Positions 31,757-50,000 are shown, numbered from the stretch's first letter. The stretch is 64,000 bases of DNA from Eledone cirrhosa (GCA_964016885.1 OZ024741.1:81592001-81656000), one strand, 5' to 3'. Program-made: numbers and translations. The notes: generated by a model not told the origin, from the sequence alone.

Positions 31757-32110
31757 GTTACATACAACAGAATAGTAACATCGAGTTGGTTACAATACCA
31801 AGATAGATACGTGATTTAAATGACTCAAGTTACATAGCTGAAGTTACACCACACATAATATTGTATGTTACATACCACAGTATAGTAACATCGAGCATGT
31901 TACATTACCAAGATACGTTACGTAATTTAAATGACTCAAGTTACATAGCTGAAGTTACACCACATATAATATTGTATGTTACATACCACAGTATAGTAAC
32001 ATCGAGTATGTTACATTACCAAGATACGTTACGTAATTTAAATGATTCAAGTTACATAGCTGAAGTTACACCACATATAACTTGCGGCATGTTACATACA
32101 ACAGAATAGT
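31757..32110. repeat. Tandem repeat, about 3 units of 110-111 bp
   Basis: gtaacatcgag at 31775, 31885 and 31996; units rich in GTTACA subrepeats. Confidence 0.9.
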
Positions 32111-32392
32111 AATAATAGATATATAATGTTATTCAAATGCCTCAAGTGCTTTGCATCACGTGCATCACTTTATATAAGTTATATCACAGAAGTCAAACCA
32201 CGGCGAGTTACTCATTACAGGTTACATCACAAACATTACATCGTGAGCATTACACTACGCATGTTTCAAAATGTGTATTATTTCTTGCAAGTTACAAGTT
32301 AGTCCACCCAAAATATACCAGGGAAATTACATAATGAAAGTTACATTCCAGTCAAATAATTATCGATGATAAGCATTTAGTTGTTCGATCAC

Positions 32393-32438
<46 letters not shown>

Positions 32439-32479
32439 ATATATATATATATATATACGTAATATATATATATATATAT

Positions 32480-32576
<97 letters not shown>

Positions 32577-33019
32577 AACATATAAGTTGTTTAGTGCAAA
32601 TGAGTAAATGAGTAAATATTTATATATTTATGTCTGTCTGTGTGGTATATATATATACACGTGTTTAGATGTGTCTGAGAGTGTTATAAAGAAACAGTGT
32701 GAACATATTTTGTCATTAGCATTTCCACCCCTCTCCCTTCCCCTCTCACATGCTAGCCTGCTGATGGATATTATTATTCCTGCTTTGTGTATCTTTCTCT
32801 TCACTCTTAATTATAATATTGGGGAAACAATTCATTTTACACCAGGACTTTGCTGAAGAAATAGAATCAAATATAAAGAAAATTACAAACTGCCAAAAAA
32901 AATTTCAAACTTTCTACACACCTGATGCAGGTGTTTGTATTTGAATTAGACATTTTTGAAATTAGATTATTATTTTAATATAAAGGGCGACGAGGCAGGG
33001 TGGGTTTGGAGTTGGTAAA

Positions 33020-33920
33020 ATGAGAAAGGGGTAGAGTGGTGTAGAAAATACCTTCTGTGTTTTAGTTATATTCATGTGCGTTCTTTCTGAGTTCAAATCA
33101 TGACGAAATTAAACTTGACTTTTCATCTTTGCAGGGTTGAAAAATTAAGCAGCAGTTATGTAATAGGCTTGGTTTAACCGGCTGTTCCACATATTAAACA
33201 AACCCAAACTAGTTTCATTTATCTCGTTCGCTCGCTCTGATCAATTGACAATATCCCAGACCTCATTCGCCTGTCAAGTGGGGTGGATCTCATTAAATTG
33301 GACCAAGGAAACAATGTTTCCATTGGTCTTTCCATTACTAATACTATCTACCAGTTGCAACTACTGGCATCTAATGCCGTTCTATCAACCCTCATTTTTA
33401 TATAACTTTATTTTGTTCAGCCACCCATGTGTTCAGAACATTTATTGTATTCTTTGTGCGAGCGCTTGTGGCGAACAAATGAAAACCTTACTTTATAAAT
33501 ATTAGATTAAAGGTGGAGGATTGGCAGTATCGGTACAGCATCGGACAACAGGCTTTGCGACATATAGTTAAAGCCTTTTACGTTCTGAGTTCAAATCATG
33601 CCGAGATTAGCTTTGATTTTTATCCTTACGGAGACGATAAAATTGCTGGCCTTCTACCGATAGTAGAATCAATTATGATTGGATTGACGAAGACTTTAGC
33701 GCGTCGGGAAAAATGCTAAAATGTATTTGTTTCGGTTCATTATGTTCTGACTTCAAATCTCACTGACATCAACTTTGCCTTTCATCCTTCTAGGGTCGAT
33801 GAAATAAATTACCAGGGGCTCGTTAAAATACAGTACCAGTAAGGTTCTGGGGTCAATTTAATCAACTCATAAAAAAAAAAATAAAATTGCTGAACTTGGG
33901 CGTAAATTCGAAAACAATAT
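33020..33920 (+). mobile_element. Cluster of three decayed dominant-family SINEs
   Basis: ttctgagttcaaatc B boxes at about 33086, 33582 and 33745. Confidence 0.65.
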
Positions 33921-34128
33921 TGTATCTGTTGCTTTTTGTTTACGATGGGTAGACAAGCCTAAAAGAGTCTTCTAAGTATATTGGAATATTGCCATATCAT
34001 TCCATGTAAAAACAAACAATGAAATAAGTATTTACCAAAGGAAGGCTGTGTAAGGATTGTGCGACGTCCTTTACACAAACCTTAGGGTGTAAAATTTAGG
34101 TTTTTCTTCTTTGAACTAATTTATAGTT

Positions 34129-35088
34129 TACTAGCTGAATAACCCGGCGTTGCCCAGGTTACTGCTGTTCTTATTCGGATTAGTAAACAATAAATACGAA
34201 GATATGTTTTTTTTCTCATAATTATTTGAAAATATCTATATTTTATAAAAAAAAATATCAAAATTGTAATGATAATAACATTTAGAAATGAAAATCTGTC
34301 AATCTTGAAGCACCTTAGGGTAAACAATATTCATTGTGTAATTTTTTGTTGGTGTCCAAATGAACAAATTGTTGCAACACACTCACACACATACACTCTC
34401 ACATACATATACTAAGACAGACAATCACAGACATACATTCACTGTGACAGGCGCATAGCATTTCAGCTCATTCTTTTGACAGTTGCTACATCAAATGAAA
34501 ATAAAAATGATCACACATACACTGACAAACACATACACTCTCACATACACTCACAGACACGCATACACTCACACATACACTCACACACACTCTCACATAC
34601 ATATACTGAGACAGACACACACACAAACATACATTCACGCACACCTATTTATCTTCGCATATGTATCTGTATGTGTAGATGTGTGTATGTGTGTTTAATT
34701 GTCTGTGTGTAAAGATAATATGTATGCGACTTATTAAGGCTATATGTATGTGTAGATGTGTATGTGTGTTTAATTCTCTGAGGCCTAACGTACGCAACGA
34801 ACTCACAAACACATACACACACATTCACACTCACCGACACATTCACACTCATATACAAAATGTGACGGTCGTCGTCGTCGTCGTCGTAGTGGTGGTGGTT
34901 TACTATAGTTCATTATAGAAATAATATTTTAGATAAAATGTCATATTGTTTTAATCCACATCAAAATAAAAATGACATGATGACACTCACGGGCTCCAAT
35001 ACTATTACATTGTAAAATTTGATTTGATTTGGTCCAGCCGTTTGAGAATGCATAGGAACAGACAGAGAGACAAATAATTTTATATAGA
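34129..35088 (+). mobile_element. Non-autonomous Helitron/Helentron-like (DINE/HINE-type) element
   Basis: Start tactagctgaataacccggcgttgcccaggt (subterminal hairpin), internal CA-rich repeats, end ggtccagccgtttgagaatgcataggaacagacag...ttttatataga. Confidence 0.6.
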
Positions 35089-35783
35089 GAGTGATAGCCT
35101 TCTTCTTCTTCTTCTTCTTCTTCTTCTTCTTCTTCTTCTTCTTCTTCTTCTTCTTCTTCTTCTTCTTCTTCTTCTTCTTCTTCTTCTATAATTAATCAAT
35201 TGATTAATTGATTGTTTAATTGTTTGTTTCAAAACCTTGTTGAGAGTTTACTTCGAGGCTGTGAATAAATTCTTTTGTTCACAGTTTTGAATGTACCCGC
35301 CAAAACTCGGACGTGAACTTCCTCTTTTTTTTTAGAAAGAACACGTGACCTCACTGCCATATTTACTACTACAGTAGAAAGGCAATACTGTCTCTTAAGC
35401 CGTGGAAAGTGAATGCTGGAACGAAAGACCTGTGACGAAGGGAAATCCCCGTTACATCTTAGGTTACATTACTGACTTGCATAAACATTACGCAACATGG
35501 TGTGTAGCTCCCGCTTTCCCAGAAACCCATCGAAGATTTTTATCGATTAATATATAATATCTATCGATTAGGGCCAGGTTCGTCTACAACCTCTCTGTAT
35601 ATTTCCTAGTTGTAGTATTTAGGAGGCAACATGCCTCGGGTCGTATTTTTCATTGTGTCACTATTACTTATTGTAATTATTCTGTGGAATGATTTATTGA
35701 TTACTCCCTCATTGAGTGCTTTGTGACACCTTCGAAAATCGATTACGAATCTAGTACTCGCAGCTGCAACTTCGGTTATACAC

Positions 35784-35846
<63 letters not shown>

Positions 35847-35859
35847 ACGATATGAAGTT

Positions 35860-36232
35860 ACATTGGCAATTTTTAATAATCCCAAATATTGTCGTATGTA
35901 ACATGTATTATCAAGGAAAGAAACTTGACAAATGTAGGCGGCTATTCGAATTATTTTGCTTTTGTTAAAGACATAAATCAAACAGCCCCCCACGGCATTT
36001 ATCAGGGTTCTCTCAGAGTCTCCCACCTACGCACTCCTCTTGATAATGAATTGTAAATCGGAAAATATTTTCGATTACTAAAAATTGCTAAGGTAACTTC
36101 CTAATATCTTCACTTTACTTAAGTGTGTTCTTTTTTCTTCTACTGTCTTATTACCTTCGGCATTTTTACCAAATACGCATTGTCGGGCTTCCACGTGACA
36201 AAACGTATTTCTTATTTGTATTTGTTTCATAT
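35860..36232. mobile_element. Unclassified dispersed repeat between microsatellites; reverse copy at about 53635-54005
   Basis: ggcatttttaccaaatacgcattgtcggg (36159-36187) matches the reverse complement of cccgacaatgcgtgtttggtaaaaatgcc (53698-53726). Confidence 0.7.
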
Positions 36233-36237
36233 GCATT

Positions 36238-36305
<68 letters not shown>

Positions 36306-36327
36306 CTTGCGTGTGTGCGTGCATATA

Positions 36328-36437
<110 letters not shown>

Positions 36438-36467
36438 TTAGATTATCAATATTAGTATTATTGGGCA

Positions 36468-36593
36468 CCCACTGATGAATTATAAGAGCCCACTTGAATA
36501 TTATCTGTTGATCCTATACAAGCTCCTACATAAATTGGTATAATTTCACCCAAATTGTAGGAATCTTATAATGAAACGAGACGTCCGTCTGGG
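36468..36593 (+). ncRNA. Type I hammerhead ribozyme with expanded, branched stem II
   Basis: ccca CTGATGA attataaga [76 nt incl. tcctaca/tgtagga hairpin] tcttataat GAAA cg agacgtc cg TC tggg. Confidence 0.8.
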
Positions 36594-36784
36594 AAGAGAT
36601 ATATCTCATATGAAATAATACAGCCAATTTTCCACACAATGCATTTAGTTAGCACCCCGAACATTTAATTAGGAATATACTCACTTATTTCCTAATGTTT
36701 GTTGAGTGAGTTGGAATTTGGCCGGAGTATCGCTAAAAGCTTTCTCCGATAATGTATTTATATATATATATATATATGTGTGTG

Positions 36785-36852
<68 letters not shown>

Positions 36853-36882
36853 TTATTTTTAATTTTTATTTCAATAGTCAAC

Positions 36883-36924
36883 ATTTGATAAGATGGATTT
36901 TAACAATACATCGAAACCGGTAAT
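36883..36924 (+). ncRNA. U3-A8 hammerhead, short stem I
   Basis: at TTGATAA gatg gattttaacaata catc GAAA ccgg TA at. Confidence 0.55.
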
Positions 36925-37116
36925 TCTTCATATACTTTATATACATTATAAAACTTTTTTTAAAAAAGAATTGTCCCTCTCATATTTTCAATAATATCAC
37001 TTTGACGAATTAAAGAAGAAAAACAGACCCTTAAAAATATTTTTCCCATGCTATTTCCAACTTCACATTTTCCCTCTCTCTTTCACTCTCTCATCCCTAT
37101 ATATATATATATATAT

Positions 37117-37746
37117 ATGACAAGTAAGTATGTTTTGAAACAGTGACCGAGTTTGAAATTAGAAATAGAATAGCTTTCACCGTATTTTTGACTAAAGAAA
37201 TTTTAGCCTGATAATGGGGTTTAGAACCCTCAGATAGATGGAAAAAGATGAGTATTGACGTACATGGGAGTCGAATCCACATTTTTGGTTATCCAGACCA
37301 ATGTGCTACCATTACACCAACACATCATCCATCTCCTTTCATTCAAATTAGAAGCTACATTCTTAGCAAGTATAAATGACAAGTAAGTATGTTTTGAAAG
37401 TATCATTTTCCATTTATCTGAGGGTTCTAAAGCCCATTATCAGGCTAAAATTTCTTTAGTCAAAAATACGGTGAAAACTATTCTATTTCTAATTTCAAAC
37501 TCGCTCACTGTTTCAAAACATACTTATAATTATCATTTATACTTGCTAAGAATGTAGCTTCTAATTTGAATGGAAGGAGATGGGTGATGTGTTGGTGTAA
37601 TGGTAGCACAGTGGTCTAGATAACCAAAGATGTGAGTTCGACTCCATTGTACGCGAATACTCATATTTTTCCATTTATCTGAGGGTTCTAAACCCCATTA
37701 TCAGGCTAAAATTTCTTTAGTAAAAAATACGGTGAAAACTATTCTA

Positions 37747-37753
<7 letters not shown>
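37117..37753. repeat. Inverted + tandem cassette of a unit of about 260 bp containing a tRNA-like segment
   Basis: 37117-37398 is inverted relative to 37407-37753; direct repeats start at about 37407 and 37667; tRNA-like segment at 37585-37657. Confidence 0.8.
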
Positions 37754-37780
<27 letters not shown>

Positions 37781-38436
37781 TGAGTTATAAACTTAAAATA
37801 GTCTTTTACAAATAAATAGCTCAAAGACTTGGTCATTTACAATTCGAACACATGTATACTTGTATCGGTGTTCATCCCTCTCATATATTCATTTGTATAT
37901 ATATGAATTAAAAGTATCAAAGGCGCTGTGTGGTTACTAATAAATATTGTTTAGAAAATGTAAGGGAAACAAACAAAAGGACAATTCTTGCTCTTCAGCT
38001 GTCTGGCGTGGGTCACTGATGTTTCGACGCATTAAAGATAGTTCATCTCACTACAATGCGTTAATAACTAAGAGGTATAGTTATTAGGGAAGAAAGGAAA
38101 CAAAAAAAAAACACAGAGACGATAGCGAAGAGCACGACAGAAAAAGAAAATAAACAGAAGAAAATCATACAGATAAAGAGGAGAAAACAGGAGACAGTAG
38201 CACATGTAAGTTGCAGTAACCAATGGGAGAGAAGAAGTTAAAAAGGAGACCGAACGTAAGCTCTGAATCCGGATTAACAGCACGAGAGGGAGTGAAGAGG
38301 AAAACGTCTGATCTTAGCATGAACAGGTGCAAAGAGGGAGAGACGAAGGAAAACGGAAGTGAGATGGTGAGGGTGAAGTGGGAGAGGGTGAGAAATGCGA
38401 TAGATGGTAAGAGAAAAAGAAAATAAGTGAGTGGGT

Positions 38437-38482
<46 letters not shown>

Positions 38483-38949
38483 TACATATGATAATCTATA
38501 TCTAGAGACAGCTGTTTCGGGATGTACTTCAAGTCAAGAAGGTTAGATGATAAGTGATAATGGCTTCCAATAATATAGTGTCATGTCGTTTTCTCAGAAA
38601 TTAGGAGAATAGAATAAGATGATAAATTTGAAACGCTTAGTTTATAACGAATATTATTTCAATGAAGAATTAATCAATTATTATCTAGCTTCCTTCTATC
38701 TTGACTTCCTTCTATATTGAATATGATATTATTAATTAATAATCTAGCAGTTCGGTCTGACGTGTGACGACATCCCGAAACAGCAGCTGTTTATAGATAT
38801 ATACAATTGAATATTTCAAAAATATATATTGCCGAGGATAATTGTTACATTTACCGAGAGAATATATATGTATGTGCATATGTGTGTGTGTATATGGTAT
38901 ATGTATGTGTGTATATATATATATATATGTATGTATTTATATATATATA

Positions 38950-43007
<4,058 letters not shown>

Positions 43008-43009
<2 letters not shown>

Positions 43010-43156
43010 TGTTTCTACTTTAGGCACAAGGCCAGCAATTACCCAGTGCATTACTGGTACTTTATTTTATCGACCCCGTAAGGATGAAAGGCAAAGTCAA
43101 CCTCGGCGGGATTTGAACTCAGATCGTAAAGGGACGTAACTATGCTGGAAAGCATG
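43008..43156 (-). mobile_element. Dominant SINE (5'-truncated) in the (TAA)n tail of the R4/Dong element
   Basis: Near-identical to 12329-12477. Confidence 0.85.
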
Positions 43157-43166
43157 AATAATAATA

Positions 43167-44061
43167 ATGTATGGAAAATACCCAGAACGAGCTAACAATC
43201 CTGATGTTGTCAAAACTTTAACCCATCAGTGGTTGGCATCCTCTGGACTGAAATCGGAGACTGAAGGACTGATTATATCAGTACAAGATCAGTGTCTGCC
43301 ACCAAAAAATTACCAAGCCAACATAATAATAAATGGATGCAGCCCATTATGCCGTGTATGTAAAAAACAACCAGAGACCACTGATCATATAATTTCAATG
43401 TGCAGTCCTATAGCTTCAACGGAATACCTAAACAGGCATGACAGAGCTGCACAATACATACATTGGATAATGTGTAAGCATTTTGACCTGCCCCATCAAA
43501 AGAATTGGTGGGAGCATCAACCACCTCCCATACTTGAAAAAGATCACATCTCAATCTTGTGGAACTTTAGCATCCAAACAGACCGAAAAATAGATGCAAA
43601 TAGACCTGATATATTACTGAAGGACTTTAAACAGAGGGTATGCCTGCTAATTGATATGTCCGTTCCAATAAACAAGAATGTATCTATAAAAACATTTGAA
43701 AAATTGAGCAAGTATAAGGACCTGGAGATAGAAATTGGAAAAATGTGGAAATTGAGAACTAAAACAATACCAGTGGTTGTAGGCGCTCTAGGAATGATAC
43801 CTAAGGGGTCTAATGATTACTTATCGCAAATCCCAGGAAACCCGCGTATAGGAGAAATACAAAAGAGAGTACTAATGGGGACTGCCTATATACTAAGGAA
43901 GATTCTGTCAATATAAGTACATCACAAGTCTAAACACCTAAAGATGCATGTGTGAGTATGTATGTTCTTTCTTGAACATGGCGGACCTTGTTGTCCCTTG
44001 AGGTCACTGGTTGTGACTTGGTGATAACTCGTATGAACATAAAGCAAGATAAATACAGCTG
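43167..44061 (+). mobile_element. 5'-truncated second copy of the same R4/Dong family (open CCHC + RLE frame 43167-43916)
   Basis: High identity to 42054-42948; short (AAT)n upstream, (TAA)n tail. Confidence 0.92.
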
Positions 44062-44888
44062 TAATAATAATAATAAAATTATTCTGTACAGTGCTCAGGT
44101 GCACTACACTATATATATAAATATATGTTTATGTATAAGTGTTTCAAACATTCATAGGAATACTCTAACATGTTTATTGTATATAGGCATATCATATGGC
44201 TCCATAGACCCCCCCCCCTAATATGAAGCACTACGTTAGTACTACTGCCAACTAATCCTAGCCAGTCAATTTTGCACTTTATGCAAATGAGCATCGCCAG
44301 CCAATGTCTTATTTCGTGCTATACGCATCTAACCTTGTCTGCCATAGACCAAATTATGGCTTTATCGTCATGCTGTGCCGCTGTCACTGAGACCTTTCGT
44401 ACAGCTTTCATTCCCTCGTGTCTCAGAGCACATGCTTTAGTTCAGAGAATGTAAACTTCGAGCTTTGCATTGAAGAAATAGTTGAGCGCCATTCACGTGG
44501 GTACTACGTTCATTGCAATGCTATTCCTTAACGCTTGGTAAAGTTTAGCTTTTAACTACTCCTTTACTCTTGTAATACTTGAGAACGCATCACAGCCAGT
44601 TGTTGGTAATTTTTCCTGTCAACGGTTGTGTAACTAATGTGCTAATCCGGTATACGTAGACTTTACGCGTGAGGAACGATGTGTTAATGGCTGATGCAAG
44701 AAAACCAACCGGTTCTGTAGGATCCCCGGTCGATTTAGCCAAAAAGCAAGACAAAATGCCCCACCCACCCCCAAAATCATTTAAAAATACTCATAAATAA
44801 ATGACAAACGTATAGGTAAATGTGTAGAAAGCGTTCCTTTCAACAAAATCAATAAGAATAAAAGAAAACAGTGATAATAATAATAATA

Positions 44889-45570
44889 ATTGTTTCTACT
44901 TTTGGCACAAGGCCAGCAATTACCCAGTACATTACTGGTACATTATTTTATCGACCCCGTAAGGATAAAAGGCAAAGTTAACCTCGGCGGGATTTGAACT
45001 CAGAATGGAAAGGGCCGTAACTCTATACGTCAAAGCATGGCGTCCAACCCTCTACCGATACTGCAAATAATGATTTCTTTTTTAACCACAAAGGGTTTAC
45101 ACCAAGAAAAAACATTATGACAGTACAGGACGAAAACATAGAGTGTGTACATGTATGTATGTGTGTGTTGGCATGTGGGTTTTGCAATAATAATTGTTTC
45201 TACTTTTGGCACAAGGACAGCAAATACACAGTACATTACTGGTACTTTACTTTATCGACCCCGATAGGATGAAAGGGAAAGTTAACCTCGACGGGATTTG
45301 AACTCAGACCATGCTGCTAAGTATGGCGCCCGACCCTCTACCGATACTGCCAATCCCTTTCCCTTAATAATAATAATAATAATAATAATAATTGTTTCTA
45401 CTTTGGGCACAAGCCCAGCAAATACCCAGTGTATTACTGGTACTTTATTTTATCGACCCCGTAAGGATGAAAGGCAAAGTTAACCTCGGCGGGATTTGAA
45501 CTCAAAATGGAAAGGGCTGTAACTCTTTGCGTCAAAGCATAGCGTCCGACCCTCTACCGATACTGCCAAT
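44889..45570 (-). mobile_element. Three dominant-family SINEs, each abutting (TAA)n
   Basis: Copies at about 44889-45065, 45192-45355 and 45391-45570. Confidence 0.85.
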
Positions 45571-45671
45571 TCAATAATAATAACAACATAAATATATCTG
45601 TTAAGCAATGTCGTTAAATATAGAGACTTGTTATGCCAAATGGCACAGTACACTTACAGATACAGCCACAT

Positions 45672-45722
<51 letters not shown>

Positions 45723-46276
45723 TAAAAAAACATACACAGAGTGGGATAGAAATCTGTGAGGGAACTCACTTGGTCCTCTGCCATGCTAATTATAAAGGAG
45801 AAGAAATCTGAGAAGCGATTTGTGAAGCAATGTGACGGCTAAAGTCTATTGATTGATATTGCTGACTAACAGGTAGTTTTCAAAGGACAAACATGCAACC
45901 TGTTTGTGGAATGAATGCATTTTATGTGTGGAATGCGGAAATATCCGTGTGGAATGTTGTGTGCAAAGAGTAGAGTTTAGCTTAGCTAGTGAGGAGGGGG
46001 TGAGGGGAAAAGGGAGGTGAGAAATGGATAGGGAGAATGTGAGTGAGTGACTGATGCGTACAACTGTGATGTTGGCGGGCGAGTGCGCGAGCAGCATGTA
46101 CAAAACACACACTTTCACACACACACACACATATATATATATATAGAGAGAGAGAGGGAGGGAGAGAGAGAGAGAGAGACAGACAGAGGATGTATACACA
46201 CACATGCACACACACACATATATATATATATATATACATATATATATGTGTGTGTTGTATATGTATATAAAGACAC

Positions 46277-46347
<71 letters not shown>

Positions 46348-46989
46348 TATATATATAGAGACATACATATATATGTATATATTAACGCACATATAGATAC
46401 TTAACATAATGTATATATATATATGGAATACATATAGATACTTAACATAATGTATATATATATATATGGAATACTGTTGGCTTCTTGCTACAATAATTTC
46501 TATACTTTTCATTTATATATATATATAAATATATAAAGAGAGCGAGAGAGAGAGAGAGTGAGAGAGGGGGGGGGATATGGGAGTGAAAGATCTATAGTAG
46601 TTAATCCATGTATGAAACTGATGTAAAAATATGCAAGAACTATTTGAAGGGAATTTGAACAGAACCTGAAATCTTGGAAATTGAGGGTTTAGTCATGGAT
46701 GGTTTATAATTGATGTTTTCTTATGAAAGAAAACCATACTAGGCGATTAAGTAGTTAAGTAGCTGAAAGTTTAACATAAACTAGCAGGACCTCAAATTTA
46801 CTATAGGCAGTCCTTCTTATCTGTAACCGTATGTGGTAACTTAATTAACAGTAGCACTAACATACTCTGGTTCGTAGTAAATGTATACATACACCCGTAT
46901 ATGATATACCCATGCATAACAAACATACAAGTGTCTTTTTATGAATATTTTAACCTGTTATCATGTCACAGGTATATCCATATCGGTGT

Positions 46990-47380
46990 GAGAAATCCAG
47001 GCCCTTTTTCTGGACTTTTATCCGTTACCAGTGACGTTTTCTCAACCGCGGTACCGAGACAAGAGGATATGTGTCTGATGTTCTCACACGACTACTGAAA
47101 TGACCATAGCTTAAAATATTCATGCGAGAGATTCTAATGTGCTTATTATGCATAAACATTGTATATGCTTTCAAATAAACCTCTATTACTAATATCTCAT
47201 ATATTATACTAAATGACAACTCTCTGCCCAGGTCTATATGGAATACGTCGTTTCTCATCCGCCGCTTTCTTCAATGAGCATTCACCTTTTCGAAGAACTG
47301 GAGCTCCATCCCGTGAATCCATATTCCATACACACGAATAAGCGCAAGTAATTCTCAATGTCACAGAATATGTAACATGG
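46990..47380 (-). mobile_element. Possible old CR1/L2-like LINE fragment
   Basis: Frameshifted LIRV.MEYGFTGWS..LRK resembles the post-RT LEY...WSP motif. Confidence 0.3.
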
Positions 47381-47721
47381 CTTAGTACTTTAATAACAAG
47401 TGAAATCCTTCTGACGGACTTCCACATAGTGTCTGTCTACTCAATTTAGTTTGGGTTGACCTGAGGCTCTGATAAAAACGACTTGCCCAAGAGGACATTC
47501 AGCGGATTCAAACACAGTGCCTCACAGGCATACTCGCGTCGATGAAACTACCAATTCATTAAATTATAATGTAATTCGCTGAGTATTCCTATTCCACCAA
47601 GACTCAGAAACTCGTACACTTAACGTAATTTCTATAAAATAGAATCAGTATGGCAGTTTTCGGTTCGGGCAGTTTCTACCATAACGCTGGTGTTGAGTAG
47701 AATCTATGGTAGAAGACTTAA

Positions 47722-47941
47722 CCCTTTAATGTTCAAACCGGCCAGAATTCTCTACCTTTCTCTACTGGCTGTAACTGGTCGCTCAAACTGATGTTAAGGT
47801 ATTGTTCTCAAAATAAATACTTTCAAAATCTCATAGATTCGATATTATGTGAGATAATTATGATTTCTTTATTGTATGCGAGGTAAAGCCTTTACTATGA
47901 AAATCTAATAGTATATATAGAGTAATGTGAATGCTCAAGGG
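47722..47941. mobile_element. piggyBac-like MITE inserted in a SINE
   Basis: TTAA on both sides, ends CCCTT...AAGGG, imperfect 14-bp TIR. Confidence 0.65.
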
Positions 47942-48373
47942 TTAAAGAACTGACAGTTCGATTAAAGCCGGGATTTCATGGTTACATCACGAACATCTTA
48001 ACCCTTCAATCACGCAAACACGAATGCATATATAAGTACACACACGTGCACACGCGCGCGCGCACACACACACACAGACTCACATATATATATGTATGCT
48101 GAGAAAATATAGAAAATATAGAAGGCAGGAAGGTAGCTGTGAAGAACACAGCTTAGTTAATCGGGTAAAATACCCCGGTACCTCTCAAATTCTAGCTGAG
48201 CGCTTTGTGCTAAACGACACTTAACCTCGGTTACCGTCTTAAATAAAGCTAAATATCAGCTTTTCAATGTGATGACATTGAGTTGAAATGTTTAGAAATG
48301 AAGAAAATCTCACAGCTAACTTCCTGCATTCCAGATTTCCTGTCTATCTATCTATCTCTCCCCCCATCTCTCT

Positions 48374-48446
<73 letters not shown>

Positions 48447-48682
48447 CTTATGTCAATATATTATTGAGAGTTTCTAACTCAATATATACTTTTGATAAAC
48501 TCAGCTCCTACAATTTTGTAGAGCTTTTTAAATGTCGAGTAAATCTGGCTGCTATTTTTAGTAACCTACGTTTTACGAAACACGCTGGGGACTGAATGTC
48601 ATGTGCGTTTTTTTTTATTTCTTAAACACGCGCTTTATTTAGTTTTCTAAGAAACCTAGAAGTGAAGGGTTTACTAATTTTT

Positions 48683-48761
48683 ACATCCACTGAAGAGCAA
48701 TCGGATTGGTAAATCCCTTCACTTTGATGCGGAACACTTTTACCAAAGTCTGTCTGGATGT
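48683..48761 (+). ncRNA. Hammerhead relic (GAAA changed to GGAA)
   Basis: acatcca CTGAAGA gcaatc...gatgc GGAA ca...tg TC tggatgt; the cassette end resembles 19168-19222. Confidence 0.6.
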
Positions 48762-48936
48762 TTGATAGTTAACACGATTCGGTTTGTACTATTTCTTAAA
48801 TTACTCTTTTAATTGAGTCTGGCAAACCGTATTGTTCATAGTATCTTATTCACCCTAGCGATTTAGGTCCCTTATAATTTGAACGCACATATGTATATAT
48901 CTGTGTTTATCTCTCTTTATCATATATATATATATA

Positions 48937-50000
48937 CAATATATAGTAAGAAACACAGTAAACCGTGTGTCTAAAATTACAAGGGTTGAAAAACCACATA
49001 TGCTTGAAATTTTTAACCACGAAACAGACAGAATGACAGAATGAAAATAAAAATATTATCATAATAATACAAACCGCCTCAATAACCATTATATCTCTCG
49101 GACAGATTATCCCTAATCTGTTTCGCCCTGAGTGTGTTTGTAACAGATAATCCTGGGCTTCATCAGCGAGAGATTGCGATTAAATGCCACAAACACTATT
49201 TGCCAACGTTCACACAGAAAGATGAATTCATCACCTCGTGCTTCGCCAGTCAAACGTGGTAAGCGCGTATTGAACAGAAATAACAGTCCAACACGCACAA
49301 CTTAATAGCTCAACTTGTAAGGGAGCAGTGGTTTGTATTATTATGATAATATTTTTATTTTCATTCTGTCATTCTGTCTGTTTCGTGGTTAAATATTTCA
49401 AGCATATGTGGTTTTTCAACCCTTGTAATTTTAGACACACGGTTTACTGTGTTTCTTACTATATATTGTTAATCGGCTCAGTATTTATTTGTACTTTATA
49501 CTTAGAGCTTAATGGTTGCAGGGTTCTAATTCTCATATATATATTTCTGCTCCCTTACAAGTTGAGCTATTAAGTTGTGCGTGTTGGACTGTTATTTCTG
49601 TTCAACACGCGCTTACCACGTTTGACTGGCGAAGCACGAGGTGATGAATTCATCTTTCTGTGTGAACGTTGGCAAATAGTGTTTGTGGCATTTAATCGCA
49701 ATCTCTCGCTGATGGAGCCCAGGATTATCTGTTACAAACACACTCAGGGCGAAACAGATTAGGGATAATCTGTCCGAGAGATATAATGGTTATTGAGGCG
49801 GTTTGTATTATTATGATAATATTTTTATTTTCATTCTGTCATTCTGTCTGTTTCGTGGTTAAATATTTCAAGCATATGTGGTTTTTCAACCCTTGTCATT
49901 TTAGACATACGGTTTACTGTGTTTCTTACTATATATTGTTAATCGGCTCAGTATTTATTTGTACTTTATACTTAGAGCTTAATGGTTGCAGGGTTCTAAT

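Noticed and set aside
37585-37657. Functional tRNA gene
   Set aside because: Poor acceptor and T-stem pairing, and the two copies differ in the anticodon loop; treated as a tRNA-derived repeat
43167-44061. Assembly duplication of the R4/Dong 3' end
   Set aside because: Many scattered substitutions and its own (AAT)n junctions indicate an independent truncated insertion
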